Positions 36,601-45,862 of a stretch of 64,000 nt of DNA are shown here, piece after piece. Below the pieces are notes generated by a model that ran no database searches, was not told where the DNA came from, and was given only the letters and a program-made list of their open reading frames with translations. The translations under genes and the position numbers were made by a program. Source of the stretch: a phage; sequence record PZ171032.1. The stretch is one strand, 5' to 3'. Position 1 is the first letter of the stretch; each line of letters starts with the position of its first letter.

Positions 36601-36995
36601 TGGTAAGCCTATACCGTGTTGAGTATAGCTCAGATACTGTATACAACGTAAGAAGCAAAGATCGCAGCGACAGAGTGCAAGAAATGTATGTTCTTGCCGA
36701 CAGTCCGTTATCTGCAGCGTTCAAGGCAGGGGCTCTTGCATCTCGTTGGAAATTTGAAGGCGGATCTTTCTATGAAGAAACCCTTGAAGATTCTGTTGTT
36801 ATTTCTTCTGTAGAGGTTTCAGATGACTACGAAGGGAAAAAGTTCGTAATGCGGCACCCACACAGCAACATTGCGTACTACTGGGATGTTCTGAACAACG
36901 AGTGGACCCCAGATCTTCAGAAGGCCACTGTGCTAACACCGTTTTTGGCAGATAAGTTCCCACCAGAAGGTAATTTATCCGCACTGTTTCAGTAA
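36600..36995 (+). CDS. hypothetical protein, paralog of 34391 ORF (family D)
   Basis: See 34391..34789; same position relative to two family-A genes. Confidence 0.5.
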   Translation: MVSLYRVEYSSDTVYNVRSKDRSDRVQEMYVLADSPLSAAFKAGALASRWKFEGGSFYEETLEDSVVISSVEVSDDYEGKKFVMRHPHSNIAYYWDVLNNEWTPDLQKATVLTPFLADKFPPEGNLSALFQ

Positions 36996-37013
36996 TTTTC
37001 TTGCACACAGGTG

Positions 37014-37042
37014 TTGACAACACCAACCCTGTGTGAAATAAT
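37014..37042 (+). promoter_or_regulatory. sigma70-type promoter (TTGACA-17-AATAAT) with flanking inverted repeat ACACAGG/CCTGTGT
   Basis: Read directly. Confidence 0.55.
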
Positions 37043-37071
37043 ACCTTCATCTTAACAAGACGGGAGACTGA

Positions 37072-37332
37072 TTGATGAAGATTAAACTGAAAAACCTTGA
37101 AATGGCAGAGATTCAGAATGGTGTTGATTTCCGCTCTAAAGATGGTGACATCTTAGAGGTAAATCTTCCAACCTACGAGCTGATTAAAGGTTTTGGCAAC
37201 GTTCAGGAAGAGGATATTCCAGAAATTCTTATGATGTTGATTCTTGACGGAACTGTGTTTGTAGGTGAAGGTGAGAACGCTATTGCAATCCCAGGCCATT
37301 TTTATGAAGTAGTTGACGAAGAGGTGCTGTAA
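37072..37332 (+). CDS. small acidic protein, paralog family A
   Basis: MMKIKLK... ends FYEVVDEEVL. Confidence 0.5.
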   Translation: MMKIKLKNLEMAEIQNGVDFRSKDGDILEVNLPTYELIKGFGNVQEEDIPEILMMLILDGTVFVGEGENAIAIPGHFYEVVDEEVL

Positions 37333-37683
37333 ATGAAAGTAGAAATTACTGGTTTTGATGTTAGTGTGGTTCCGGAAGATATTTTAGCTAAACTCCCGGA
37401 AGGTTTTGGTAACGGTGTTGTGGTGGATGCTGTTCCTCCTACTAAAGACATTCTGCTGCAGTATGGTGTAGCAGAGGAAGATGTCGATAAAGTTCTTACA
37501 ATGATGGCAATCGATCGTGTTGTCGTTGTTAAAGGTCTCGATAATTTTGAGAGTGATCCTCTGATTATTCGCGGGGATGACTATAAAATCATCGATAATG
37601 AAGGCCAAGAGTTCTATGAGCCTTGTGCAGAAGATATTCTTAACTTATTACTGGAAGCAGGCACCGAAGAGGAGGACGAATAA
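37333..37683 (+). CDS. small acidic protein, paralog family A
   Basis: MKVEITG...RVVVVKGLDNFESDP... acidic tail EAGTEEEDE. Confidence 0.5.
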   Translation: MKVEITGFDVSVVPEDILAKLPEGFGNGVVVDAVPPTKDILLQYGVAEEDVDKVLTMMAIDRVVVVKGLDNFESDPLIIRGDDYKIIDNEGQEFYEPCAEDILNLLLEAGTEEEDE

Positions 37684-38012
37684 TGAAGATTGACCCGTTA
37701 CTGAAGGCTCGTGCAGAAAAAGCGTACACCATTAAGCTGACCAACCTGGTTCCTACTTGTCATCCAGATGTAGGTTGGCCTGAAGGTCTGGTAGAGGGGA
37801 CTGTAACAGCTGCATACCTTCCTAACATCAAATACCTTATGGAAATCTTAGAGATGGATGAGGAAACTGCAGAACAGTTCCAGTTGGATATGAAACAGAG
37901 TGGGACTCTGGTTATTCACGGGTGGTATAATACTAAAGATGCAGAAGACCCTCTGGTAACTTCTAATCTGGCATATGAAATCTTAGGGCCTTTGAACCTG
38001 GAGGAAGACTAA
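37683..38012 (+). CDS. small acidic protein (family A-like)
   Basis: MKIDPL... ends LNLEED. Confidence 0.45.
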   Translation: MKIDPLLKARAEKAYTIKLTNLVPTCHPDVGWPEGLVEGTVTAAYLPNIKYLMEILEMDEETAEQFQLDMKQSGTLVIHGWYNTKDAEDPLVTSNLAYEILGPLNLEED

Positions 38013-38299
38013 TGAAAGATCTGGTTAAGATTAAGATTAAAGATACCAATGGGGAGCTCAGCCATTTTGGAATTAATGATGGTGACGAGCTGATCGCACA
38101 CCTGCCTACCAAGGAGGTTGTAAGCAAAGCAGTTGCCGGAGAAGAAGCTGCAATGCAGGCTGCAGGTGTGGATGAAAACTATGTAGCTATGTGCATGTGC
38201 CGAGATCAGGTTGTTCTGTATAAAGCGTATCGACCAAACGGAGCCACGGAGTGGCTTGTATTCCGACCCGAAGGATATGAAATCTTAGAGGCACTATGA
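38012..38299 (+). CDS. small acidic protein (family A-like)
   Basis: MKDLVKIKIK... ends GYEILEAL. Confidence 0.45.
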   Translation: MKDLVKIKIKDTNGELSHFGINDGDELIAHLPTKEVVSKAVAGEEAAMQAAGVDENYVAMCMCRDQVVLYKAYRPNGATEWLVFRPEGYEILEAL

Positions 38300-38379
38300 T
38301 AAATCTTGCCAAGGTTGCAACGGCACTGTTAATTATTTGCTGGTCAGTAACCTTAACACTGTGTCTTGTATTTCAGTGA
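38296..38379 (+). CDS. tiny hydrophobic peptide, 27 aa
   Basis: ATGA overlap with upstream stop; MINLAKVATALLIICWSVTLTLCLVFQ. Confidence 0.3.
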   Translation: MINLAKVATALLIICWSVTLTLCLVFQ

Positions 38380-38388
38380 GGTGCTTGT

Positions 38389-38652
38389 ATGAACATCCTG
38401 ATGTGGGTTATAGCAGTGGCGTTTGTTGCATGTTTTTGCTGCTGGGTTGTGGTGAGGATTTCTGTAGCTACCCTTCGGAAGTTGGGGTTCTCAGAATGGG
38501 ATATTAATATCCTTTCTTTTCGCAATGAAACAATCTCAGCCGCCCTGCTTTGTAAGAAATTTAAGTGGGAACCTTGTGAGGTCATGAGCTATCTAAGAAC
38601 AGGCGATATCCCTGAAAGATTTAAAAAAGTTCTTGACGGCAAGGATAAATGA
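38389..38652 (+). CDS. small membrane protein
   Basis: N-terminal TM ILMWVIAVAFVACFCCWVVV. Confidence 0.45.
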   Translation: MNILMWVIAVAFVACFCCWVVVRISVATLRKLGFSEWDINILSFRNETISAALLCKKFKWEPCEVMSYLRTGDIPERFKKVLDGKDK

Positions 38653-38807
38653 CAGTATAGTGACTAACAAGAGGTGAGGGGTGACTGATTTTACTGAAGC
38701 TTTAATGATGGCCTTGTCTGTTTTAGCGCTATCGGTGTGTTTTGGGGCGTTATTCACATCTCTGGTTAAAGTTTTACATACAGTATTATTACCCAAGGGG
38801 CGCAGTA

Positions 38808-39059
38808 ATGACGAAGATTGACTTGAATGCTGGCGATCATGTTGTTGTCAAATGCATTGGAGATTATCTTGGATTCACAATCGGCAATACTTACGAGGCG
38901 ATAGTGGCGAAGGTTTATCATGATAAAGTCCTCAGTCTTGTATTTGACTGCGATGATGATGGGGATGACCGATACGTCTGTGAGGTGCTGGCACGAGACG
39001 ATAGTGAAGACCAGAAATTTCTGGTTATTGAACTGAACGGTATTTTTGTAGAACGTTAA
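38808..39059 (+). CDS. hypothetical acidic protein
   Basis: Start at MTKIDLNAGDH; the track ORF starts upstream at 38742. Confidence 0.45.
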   Translation: MTKIDLNAGDHVVVKCIGDYLGFTIGNTYEAIVAKVYHDKVLSLVFDCDDDGDDRYVCEVLARDDSEDQKFLVIELNGIFVER

Positions 39060-39087
39060 TTTAAAACAACATAAGGAGACTCTTACT

Positions 39088-39393
39088 ATGGCTAAATCTA
39101 AAGTTGAACTGTTCACCTCTCTTCCTTCTGACACTGCAGAGCGTGATCGCCTTCGCAAAACAATCGAAGAACTGGTGGAACTCCAACTTCAGATTAAAGA
39201 TCTGAAAGATGCCATTAAGGATATCATTCTCGTTGAGAAGCAGGATCATCTGTATTCTCCTAAATTCATCAAATCTTTGGTGGCTACAGAGTTTGATATC
39301 CGCTACGAAGCTGAAAAACGTCGCGCTAAGATTGAAGAAGAGGTTGAGCACATGTCTGAGGCAGACATTCTGTTCAAACGCTCTGTAGAATAA
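39088..39393 (+). CDS. hypothetical coiled-coil protein
   Basis: AAGGAG SD; heptad-like sequence. Confidence 0.5.
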   Translation: MAKSKVELFTSLPSDTAERDRLRKTIEELVELQLQIKDLKDAIKDIILVEKQDHLYSPKFIKSLVATEFDIRYEAEKRRAKIEEEVEHMSEADILFKRSVE

Positions 39394-39400
39394 TATGGCA

Positions 39401-39430
39401 GAGGGGCTACGGCCCCTCTTTCACTATTTG
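39401..39430 (+). terminator. rho-independent terminator (GAGGGGC-tacg-GCCCCTC + TTTCACTATTT)
   Basis: Read directly. Confidence 0.65.
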
Positions 39431-39445
39431 CAAAAGGAACCAGCT

Positions 39446-39772
39446 ATGAGAATGCCAATCACTGTGAAAGAGCTAAATGAACGTGATGCAGGTGGTCTAT
39501 GGCCTGCACGAAAAATCCGCTGCGTCTATATGAAAGAGAATCTTGAACACCTTGATCAACAGATCAAGGTCGGTGATATTTTCGAGGTCTTCTATTCCAA
39601 TCGTCGCAACTGGGAAACCATTCAGCCTTCTGGTTTTGTTCTTGCCAAACTTGACACTGGAGAAGTGATTATCCCTGGGTTGGATATTGTCTTCGAAATT
39701 ATCCAGGAGTGGGATCCGGATAAGATTAGATACGAAGAATTATTCGGTAAAGGTATTATCAAACCTGTGTGA
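39446..39772 (+). CDS. hypothetical protein
   Basis: Start moved to MRMPITV downstream of the terminator hairpin. Confidence 0.45.
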   Translation: MRMPITVKELNERDAGGLWPARKIRCVYMKENLEHLDQQIKVGDIFEVFYSNRRNWETIQPSGFVLAKLDTGEVIIPGLDIVFEIIQEWDPDKIRYEELFGKGIIKPV

Positions 39773-40080
39773 GGTGGATTATGTCTACAAAGGCAGCTAA
39801 ATACTCTTATATGCCATCAACCTCTGCAGAGGTAGACTTTAGTTTCGATGTATTTCCACTGTTTGAGGTGGTTCTGGCATACCCTACAATACTATCTACA
39901 CCTGAATCACTTGTGCCTGTTAAGTTGCAGAACGCTATGCATTCCATGCACTACAACAATAAATGTAGGCACAGATGGTGTCAGGACGAGGAAAAAGATT
40001 TGGATAGTTTGAGGGATTTTGACAGTCACCTTTTGACACCTTTTAGCTACTCCAATCTTGATAAGCCCTCTTGGGTATAG
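39769..40080 (+). CDS. hypothetical protein
   Basis: 103-aa ORF. Confidence 0.4.
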   Translation: MRWIMSTKAAKYSYMPSTSAEVDFSFDVFPLFEVVLAYPTILSTPESLVPVKLQNAMHSMHYNNKCRHRWCQDEEKDLDSLRDFDSHLLTPFSYSNLDKPSWV

Positions 40081-40104
40081 CAAAATATCAAATTTAAGAC
40101 ACCT

Positions 40105-40134
40105 AGGACGCTCTGTGGCGTCCTTTTCTTTATC
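40105..40134 (+). terminator. rho-independent terminator (AGGACGC-tctgtg-GCGTCCT + TTTCTTTAT)
   Basis: Read directly. Confidence 0.75.
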
Positions 40135-40293
40135 TGGTGCACGATTGCATACCTTTGACAGATAATCTCATTACAGAGCGTTTAAGAGCTTCCTACAAAC
40201 AAATCTCTCTTTCGAGCGTAGCGAGAACGCACGTCCGTTTTGACCCAAATCACCATACGCTCGGATTTTAACCAAACCCTCGCGGCGTTTCTG

Positions 40294-40322
40294 TTGACAC
40301 ATTACCGCTTCAGTGATAGTAT
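40294..40322 (+). promoter_or_regulatory. sigma70-type promoter (TTGACA-17-TAGTAT)
   Basis: Read directly; drives the small peptide gene at 40343. Confidence 0.55.
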
Positions 40323-40342
40323 CCACACATAGTTTGGAGAAT

Positions 40343-40444
40343 ATGGAATACACAATGAAAACACTGTCAGAGGTTTTAGTGGTGATCCTGATGATCATTA
40401 CGTCCATAGCAGCTGTTGCCGGAATACTCACGGGTGGAACATGA
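40343..40444 (+). CDS. tiny hydrophobic peptide, 33 aa
   Basis: GGAG SD; MEYTMKTLSEVLVVILMIITSIAAVAGILTGGT; stop overlaps next start (ATGA). Confidence 0.35.
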   Translation: MEYTMKTLSEVLVVILMIITSIAAVAGILTGGT

Positions 40445-40653
40445 TCAACACACATGCATCTGAAGAGATATCCGAAGGAGTGACCATATGTCCCTTGGCT
40501 GAGCTAGGGAAAGAGGAAAACTTCGATTCTGAAGATTCTCCATCTCCGTCCCAGGGAGACCCTGAGGCTGATGACCTAACGTGGGAGGATATCATAGCCA
40601 TCTGGTTCTCTATTATGCCTGAGCACGAAGAGTTCAGAGGTGGGAGACTATGA
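40441..40653 (+). CDS. hypothetical acidic protein
   Basis: 70-aa ORF coupled to the upstream peptide gene. Confidence 0.4.
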   Translation: MINTHASEEISEGVTICPLAELGKEENFDSEDSPSPSQGDPEADDLTWEDIIAIWFSIMPEHEEFRGGRL

Positions 40654-40774
40654 AGCACCGAGCCCACACAGGTTCCTCATGCTTTAGCATGGCCTGAAGA
40701 GGCAAACGTGCATAATTCCTGTGCATTGGAACGTATAAAACCCTGTTCACACTCTCATTTCCAGAGGAGATTTC

Positions 40775-40990
40775 ATGAAAATAGAAATATTTGGTGGGGC
40801 TGACAACACTCGTGGCCTGATTTACCTTGAATTCGATGAATCATACCTGCCAGAGGTGTTAAATATGGACTCTGTTGCTGAGGCTTTGGGGGTAAGTCCT
40901 AAAGAACTCCACTCTTGTGCTGAGATCGATGGTTGGGAAGAGACCATGAACATTGATTTCAGTGAAGTAGGTGATGAACCGCTGGACTGA
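40775..40990 (+). CDS. small acidic protein (family A-like), last gene of the rightward block
   Basis: MKIEIFGG... acidic C-terminus. Confidence 0.45.
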   Translation: MKIEIFGGADNTRGLIYLEFDESYLPEVLNMDSVAEALGVSPKELHSCAEIDGWEETMNIDFSEVGDEPLD

Positions 40991-41119
40991 CACACAATAT
41001 TAGATGTCCGGCTAAAGTGCTGGAAGCACCTATAGCATATCTTTCAACTAAATTTCCTACCACCACAATCACTTACCTCCCACACATGACTGTTTGCTTG
41101 TTTAGTGAGCAGTCATGCC

Positions 41120-41147
41120 TTGACATTCTTGCCTATCCTGATAAAAT
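41120..41147 (+). promoter_or_regulatory. candidate sigma70 promoter (TTGACA-16-TAAAAT) firing into the ORF-free region
   Basis: Read directly; no ORF of 60 aa or more follows for about 900 bp. Confidence 0.4.
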
Positions 41148-42489
41148 TAAGTTCTTCTCTTTTCTTTTACCGAGTAATTCGGGTTTTCTGTTCTCTTCGG
41201 TTTGAAGGGGTATGGAGATACACCTGAGTGAACAGGGTGAACAACCGAACATTCGGCTATGGCATTAGCATGGCGAAGCGAACGGGTGACGAAAGAGGGG
41301 CCGGAGGACACCAGTCACTGCCATATGATATATGGGTGATAACCTGAAGAGTCTGAATAAGTGTTTAAGTACCAGTCAGAGGAAAAGGTGAATGGTAGCC
41401 GAAGGGGGAGGGGGGGTTTCTTGTATCTTTAATTTGTATATTATGTATACACTTGTAAACCAATTTCATCTGAATCTGTTTACCATACAAAGTGGATTGA
41501 GACAAATATTACCTATTAAACTTGAATTATTTATAGAAAATACCACAACACACCTTAAGTCTTTGATTTTACACATAAATCCTACAGATATTCAACCTCC
41601 ATATTTAACATACTTGTAACATATCCTATACCACACCTGCCTGATCAATTTCCCCAACTACATCCTCTATATTTTACCTGCCTGTACTACCCCTGCCCCG
41701 CCGGGAGTCCCGTCATATCTGGCTTTCCAGCAAATATCCCACCAACAAATATCATTGCCTGAAGAGGGTTTCATCCCATAATACATGCCTTATCTGAAGA
41801 GCGCTTCATACACCACGTAAATTTTTTAATTGACCCCTCCCCGCCGCCGGAGAGGTTGGCTTTTCCCACACAGACCTGAAGAGTCAGCCAGAAATATCTG
41901 AATAGGCCCAATTCTACCACGATTTTGACCTGACCTACAGGGAGGCCCGAAGGGTCTAGCTTTCAGCTAGAGTCCTTGCAGGACCTACAGGAGTGCTGCC
42001 AGGCGGACGGAATGGGAATACTTCTCATTTTTATAATAATTCTCAAATATCGAGGCAGTGAGGCAAATTAATAGGTGAGGCCGTTCACACAGTGGCACAA
42101 CATTTGCAACCTATCTTGTGTGGGGGAATGATAATACCTATCATTGTGAGAACCATTATCATTACGGGCAATTTAACATAATACCCATTATGCGCACCAC
42201 TGGCGATACATACAGGGATTGATAACATGAGTTACAGTTTACGCATATAACAATTATATTTCTTATCATTTGTGTGGGATATAGTTAGCAGCCAATAGAT
42301 TAGATATTGACCTGCATACTTCCAACCGTCTAGACGTCTAAACGCCCACACACCAAGGATTATACATACACTCCTGAATGTAAACAGGGCCGCAAAAATG
42401 CTACCATACAAGCTTGTAAATTTTTCATGCAGCACTTGACAAAGAGGAGAAAAACTTGTCTGACATAATGTGACCTAACTGACACAACA

Positions 42490-42590
42490 TGACACTTTTA
42501 CACACCTATTAGTTTACACACTGGATTGTTTACATTCCTGATTGTTCACATGCTAACCATTTACATGATTGACTGTTTACACACCGATAA
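42490..42590. repeat. iteron-like array: six copies of a TTTACA(C/T)-containing motif at roughly 15-bp spacing
   Basis: Read directly: cTTTTACACAcc, aGTTTACACAct, tGTTTACATtc, tGTTCACATgc, cATTTACATga, tGTTTACACAcc. Confidence 0.6.
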
Positions 42591-42594
42591 TCAG

Positions 42595-42843
42595 CCATGC
42601 CATTCGTTTGCATGACAATAATTATACATGACAATAATCGCACTGATTATAATTAGCATGACATAATATAAAAGCAGGGCAACTATTAGCAGATCTATAG
42701 TTGCCCTGCTTGTTATGTCATGATTAACTAAATACAAGGCAACTATGATCTGATTAATAGTTTGCAGACAAACTATCACGGGGGTGATGGTTACTGCTTT
42801 TATATTATGTCGCGACTCCGTCGCGCCATGCCATTCGTTTGCA
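42595..42843. repeat. direct repeat pair CCATGCCATTCGTTTGCAT (about 230 bp apart) flanking a perfect 14-bp-stem palindrome (42673-42710) and CATGACAATAAT repeats
   Basis: Read directly. Confidence 0.6.
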
Positions 42844-43454
42844 TAGTTGCCTTATTGTTACAGGTAAAATAATTACATTATTAATTATTTCTTATCTTTC
42901 TCTTAGTCATCTAATGATTCCAGTCAGTATAGTAATGTACAGTAAACATTAGACGACTAAATATTTCTATGCTTATGATAACTTGCCGTGACAATTTCGG
43001 ACTGTTTACGAAAAATGTTGACACCTGGGCGGGTTTATGTTATGCAGTTTACACGAATAATTATTTCATACAGGTATTGACTATTCCGTTATTCTGTGGT
43101 TGGAATAAATACTTTGCAGGCTATAGAATGGTGTGCGTACGTGAATTCTAAGATCTGGCGGCTATAGTTACACCCGATTTTTCACGTAGAACACGCTTTT
43201 TGGTTTGTGTAAGTGTATGACTTATAAAGATTTTTAGTTGTTGACAGGATATTGAAGATGTGCATCAGGTTAAATTTTGTGCAATAGCTGCAGTACGTGC
43301 ATTTTTGGAAGGAAAAACGTGTAAAAATGGTCCTGCTACCACATAATGAAAGATTATGCAATAGCTATTTTATATGTATATTTGTACAGTGTGTGGGATT
43401 GATGGCTCGTCAATTATTCCACTTGCTGGGTGGGGCCGTTTGTGGTAGGAGGAG

Positions 43455-43486
43455 AGCAGACAAAAAGAAAGGGGCCTAAGCCCCTT
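43455..43486 (-). terminator. rho-independent terminator for the leftward block (AAGGGGC-ttag-GCCCCTT + TCTTTTTGTCTG on minus strand)
   Basis: Read directly, just downstream of the last minus-strand gene. Confidence 0.7.
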
Positions 43487-43505
43487 GATAATGTAAATTG
43501 TTGTA

Positions 43506-43770
43506 TTATTTGTTACTCATCCAGTTTTCCCAAGCTGCCTGATAATCTGCCTCACTGCGGCGGATCTCTTCTTGTTCTTCAAGCCGGATCTCTTCTTCCA
43601 GGTACCCCAAGATATCGGCTTTTTTTGGTCTGGCGTAACATCCAATCATCTTTTTTACGGGTAAAGATCTTATATGCTTTCTCGCAAACCTCTTTTTTGC
43701 TACCTTTTTGGACTTCAAGAACTTTGTAGGCCATGTACTGAACTAGTTTGAGCTGATCAAGACGTTTCAT
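43506..43770 (-). CDS. hypothetical basic protein; two overlapping frames (43579..43770 and 43506..43718) joined across an A7 run
   Basis: AAGAGG SD before the 43770 ATG; frames switch at CCAAAAAAAGCC (about 43605-43615). Confidence 0.4.
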
Positions 43771-43833
43771 GATGTTTACCTCTTTATGGGGTTCTGGTTT
43801 GGTGTGGGCCTTTTGGCCCGTGTCATTATCTTA

Positions 43834-44106
43834 TTACTTACGGCGGCAAAATTCAAGTGTTTTTAATTGATAATCTTCCTCAGCTTGGAGTACAACCGCC
43901 TCGATCATTTCGTTGGCATTGGTGAAGCCATACCCTTGAGCGAACTCATCCGCGCCACCTTCGTGATCATGTTCTGCGTTCATCGCTTCCACAAAATGGA
44001 ATTCAAGATTGTTGAGGTAAGGGCTTGATGTTCCGTCCTCTTTTTCGATGAGATCCCAGATAGCATTAAAACGTGATTCGACTTCTTGATTAATCCAGCT
44101 TGACAT
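43834..44106 (-). CDS. hypothetical acidic protein
   Basis: 90-aa ORF. Confidence 0.45.
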   Translation of the reverse strand: MSSWINQEVESRFNAIWDLIEKEDGTSSPYLNNLEFHFVEAMNAEHDHEGGADEFAQGYGFTNANEMIEAVVLQAEEDYQLKTLEFCRRK

Positions 44107-44318
44107 AATGTTTTCCTCTCTTCTGGTTGTTGTGTGGGCACTTTTGCCCCTTCAAGATAAATGATACCCCCACCACCTGGCAGATGTCAACGGTTTTTAT
44201 AGTTTTTTATATAACAGGCACCCACGGTGATTGTCTCCCCCCGTCGCCAAGTGCCACCCGTGAGACAAGTATACCAAAAAACAGGACCATTGCAAGCCCT
44301 GTTTATAGTCTATAAGGA

Positions 44319-44510
44319 TTATATTTTTTCGCCTATGTAGTCCGGCCTATTCTTTTCGGTCATACGCTTAAGCATTTTTTGCATATGGCTTATAGCTTGT
44401 AATGTATCCTCTTCCAGGGATGAATCTAGATAATCAGGATCATTCTTCACCTTGCAATGATTATGATAACGCAGTACCGCCAGTACTTTTTTAACTTCTT
44501 CCGCTGTCAT
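44319..44510 (-). CDS. hypothetical protein
   Basis: 63-aa ORF. Confidence 0.4.
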   Translation of the reverse strand: MTAEEVKKVLAVLRYHNHCKVKNDPDYLDSSLEEDTLQAISHMQKMLKRMTEKNRPDYIGEKI

Positions 44511-44518
44511 TATCGCGC

Positions 44519-44653
44519 CTAAAACAATGAGTTAATATATAACACCAGATCGCTGACTACCAGGACAACATTAATCAGCACATACCTAACCATAAAGGGA
44601 AAGATCGCCAACATTGCCGCCACGATCCCCATGGTAATAATTATCTTTCTCAT
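44519..44653 (-). CDS. small membrane peptide, 44 aa (tentative)
   Basis: MRKIIITMGIVAAMLAIFPFMVRYVLINVVLVVSDLVLYINSLF; below track cutoff. Confidence 0.3.
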   Translation of the reverse strand: MRKIIITMGIVAAMLAIFPFMVRYVLINVVLVVSDLVLYINSLF

Positions 44654-44918
44654 GGTTAACGGTTCACGTAAGTTTTCCCGTTTACGGTTATCGGCAGATC
44701 CTCCAGGTCTGGATCTTCTTTAAGGTCGCGAGCAAGTTCACCGCACCGAACGCCCTCGAATCCGTAGTACTCTGTCGTGCCATCCTGGAAAGTTTTAGCG
44801 GCAAGGCATAGGCGATAAGTAACACCGATTTGATTGACGGCATGGATATCAGTTAGATCTACCTCTTTTGCCAGCTTTTTGGCGCTTACAGGGCCAACCA
44901 GGGGCGCTATTCGTAGGA

Positions 44919-44950
44919 TAGAAATAAAAAGCCCCGCACAATGGCGGGGC
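44919..44950 (-). terminator. rho-independent terminator (minus strand GCCCCGC-cattgt-GCGGGGC + TTTTTATTTC)
   Basis: Read directly, immediately downstream of the 44959 gene stop. Confidence 0.8.
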
Positions 44951-44958
44951 GTTGGTTG

Positions 44959-45156
44959 TTATTTGTCTTTATGGCGGTATCGTTCTGCCTGTCGTTCACG
45001 TTCCAAAAGTAGGCCGGGCAATTTACGATCATAATGGTTACGCCAGATCTTCCCAAACCTTTTTGGCTTATTCAGTTTATTGTTACGCTGGCGGCGTTCT
45101 GGCAGCTCTTCGGAATCATGAGGGCGCTTTACAATTTTCTCGAAATTAATTTTCAT
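44959..45156 (-). CDS. small highly basic (Arg/Lys-rich) protein
   Basis: Start at MKINFEKIV behind AAGGGGGG; the track ORF starts 8 codons upstream. Confidence 0.45.
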   Translation of the reverse strand: MKINFEKIVKRPHDSEELPERRQRNNKLNKPKRFGKIWRNHYDRKLPGLLLERERQAERYRHKDK

Positions 45157-45517
45157 ATATTCCCCCCTTACTGATCTCAATATTTGCCTGAATCGCCCGG
45201 ATACGGCGCTTTATAACTTCCTGATCTGTGTGGTCGTATCCCCAAAAGTCCACAATTTTTGCGCCCCCCGCCTCCAGGCGGTATAGTGTTTCCTGCATTT
45301 TGTAAGCCGGGATCGGTCGCGGTGTTACTTGGTCACCTTCTTTATTTTTATACTTTATAATATAATCTTCGTTATCGTTGAATGTCCAAAATGGATATTC
45401 TGCAAGGGCGGCACTTCCTCTTTCCTTTTTGTCCTGGATCTTATTTACAATTAAAGCCGTAGCAATAGCGCCAATAATAAAACTTGCCCCGCTGATCATG
45501 TTACTTTCTCCTTTCAT
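45146..45517 (-). CDS. membrane-anchored hypothetical protein
   Basis: N-terminal TM ISGASFIIGAIATALIV; likely start at second Met behind AAAGGAG. Confidence 0.45.
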   Translation of the reverse strand: MKGESNMISGASFIIGAIATALIVNKIQDKKERGSAALAEYPFWTFNDNEDYIIKYKNKEGDQVTPRPIPAYKMQETLYRLEAGGAKIVDFWGYDHTDQEVIKRRIRAIQANIEISKGGIYEN

Positions 45518-45575
45518 TGTGTTGATAAACTATCTTTATAGATGGCCCTGCTACCAGGACCACCGAAAAAACAGT

Positions 45576-45821
45576 TTATTTGACGATACCGACAAAACAG
45601 ATCCCGCCTTCCCCTATATAGGCAATATCGGTAATTTTATAATTTGTCAAGATCCGCGTGTTCAGCTCATTAATAAAATCGGTCATCGCGTTGGTGTAGT
45701 TGTCTTCCGTATCTAAGGCATAATCCCAGGTGTAAACCTTTTTACGTCCGAAGCCTTTTACCATGATACGGGCGCTTTTGGTGTTAGTAGGGGCATAATA
45801 CTTGGTGATTAGTGCTGCCAT
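45576..45821 (-). CDS. hypothetical protein
   Basis: AAGGAG SD; 81 aa. Confidence 0.5.
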   Translation of the reverse strand: MAALITKYYAPTNTKSARIMVKGFGRKKVYTWDYALDTEDNYTNAMTDFINELNTRILTNYKITDIAYIGEGGICFVGIVK

Positions 45822-45862
45822 GGTTTTAACTCCTTTGCATTAGTTCAGTGTTAACAGTATAA

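Noticed and set aside
41340-41890. CTGAAGAG motifs resembling the CUGAUGA core of a hammerhead ribozyme
   Set aside because: No correctly placed stem II followed by GAAA and a cleavage-site stem could be built for any of the four copies; the motif recurs with varying flanks and behaves like a dispersed repeat rather than a ribozyme core.
41017-43479. ORF-track entries 41017..41205, 41392..41619, 42232..42435, 42591..42779, 42969..43151, 43297..43479
   Set aside because: Short, no SDs, Cys/Leu/Phe-rich or low-complexity translations, and located in the repeat-dense non-coding zone.
41000-43500. tRNA genes expected in a large ORF-free region of a phage
   Set aside because: No T-loop-like GGTTCGAATCC/GTTCRANYC motif with an acceptor stem could be found by eye; tRNAscan-SE would be needed to be sure.
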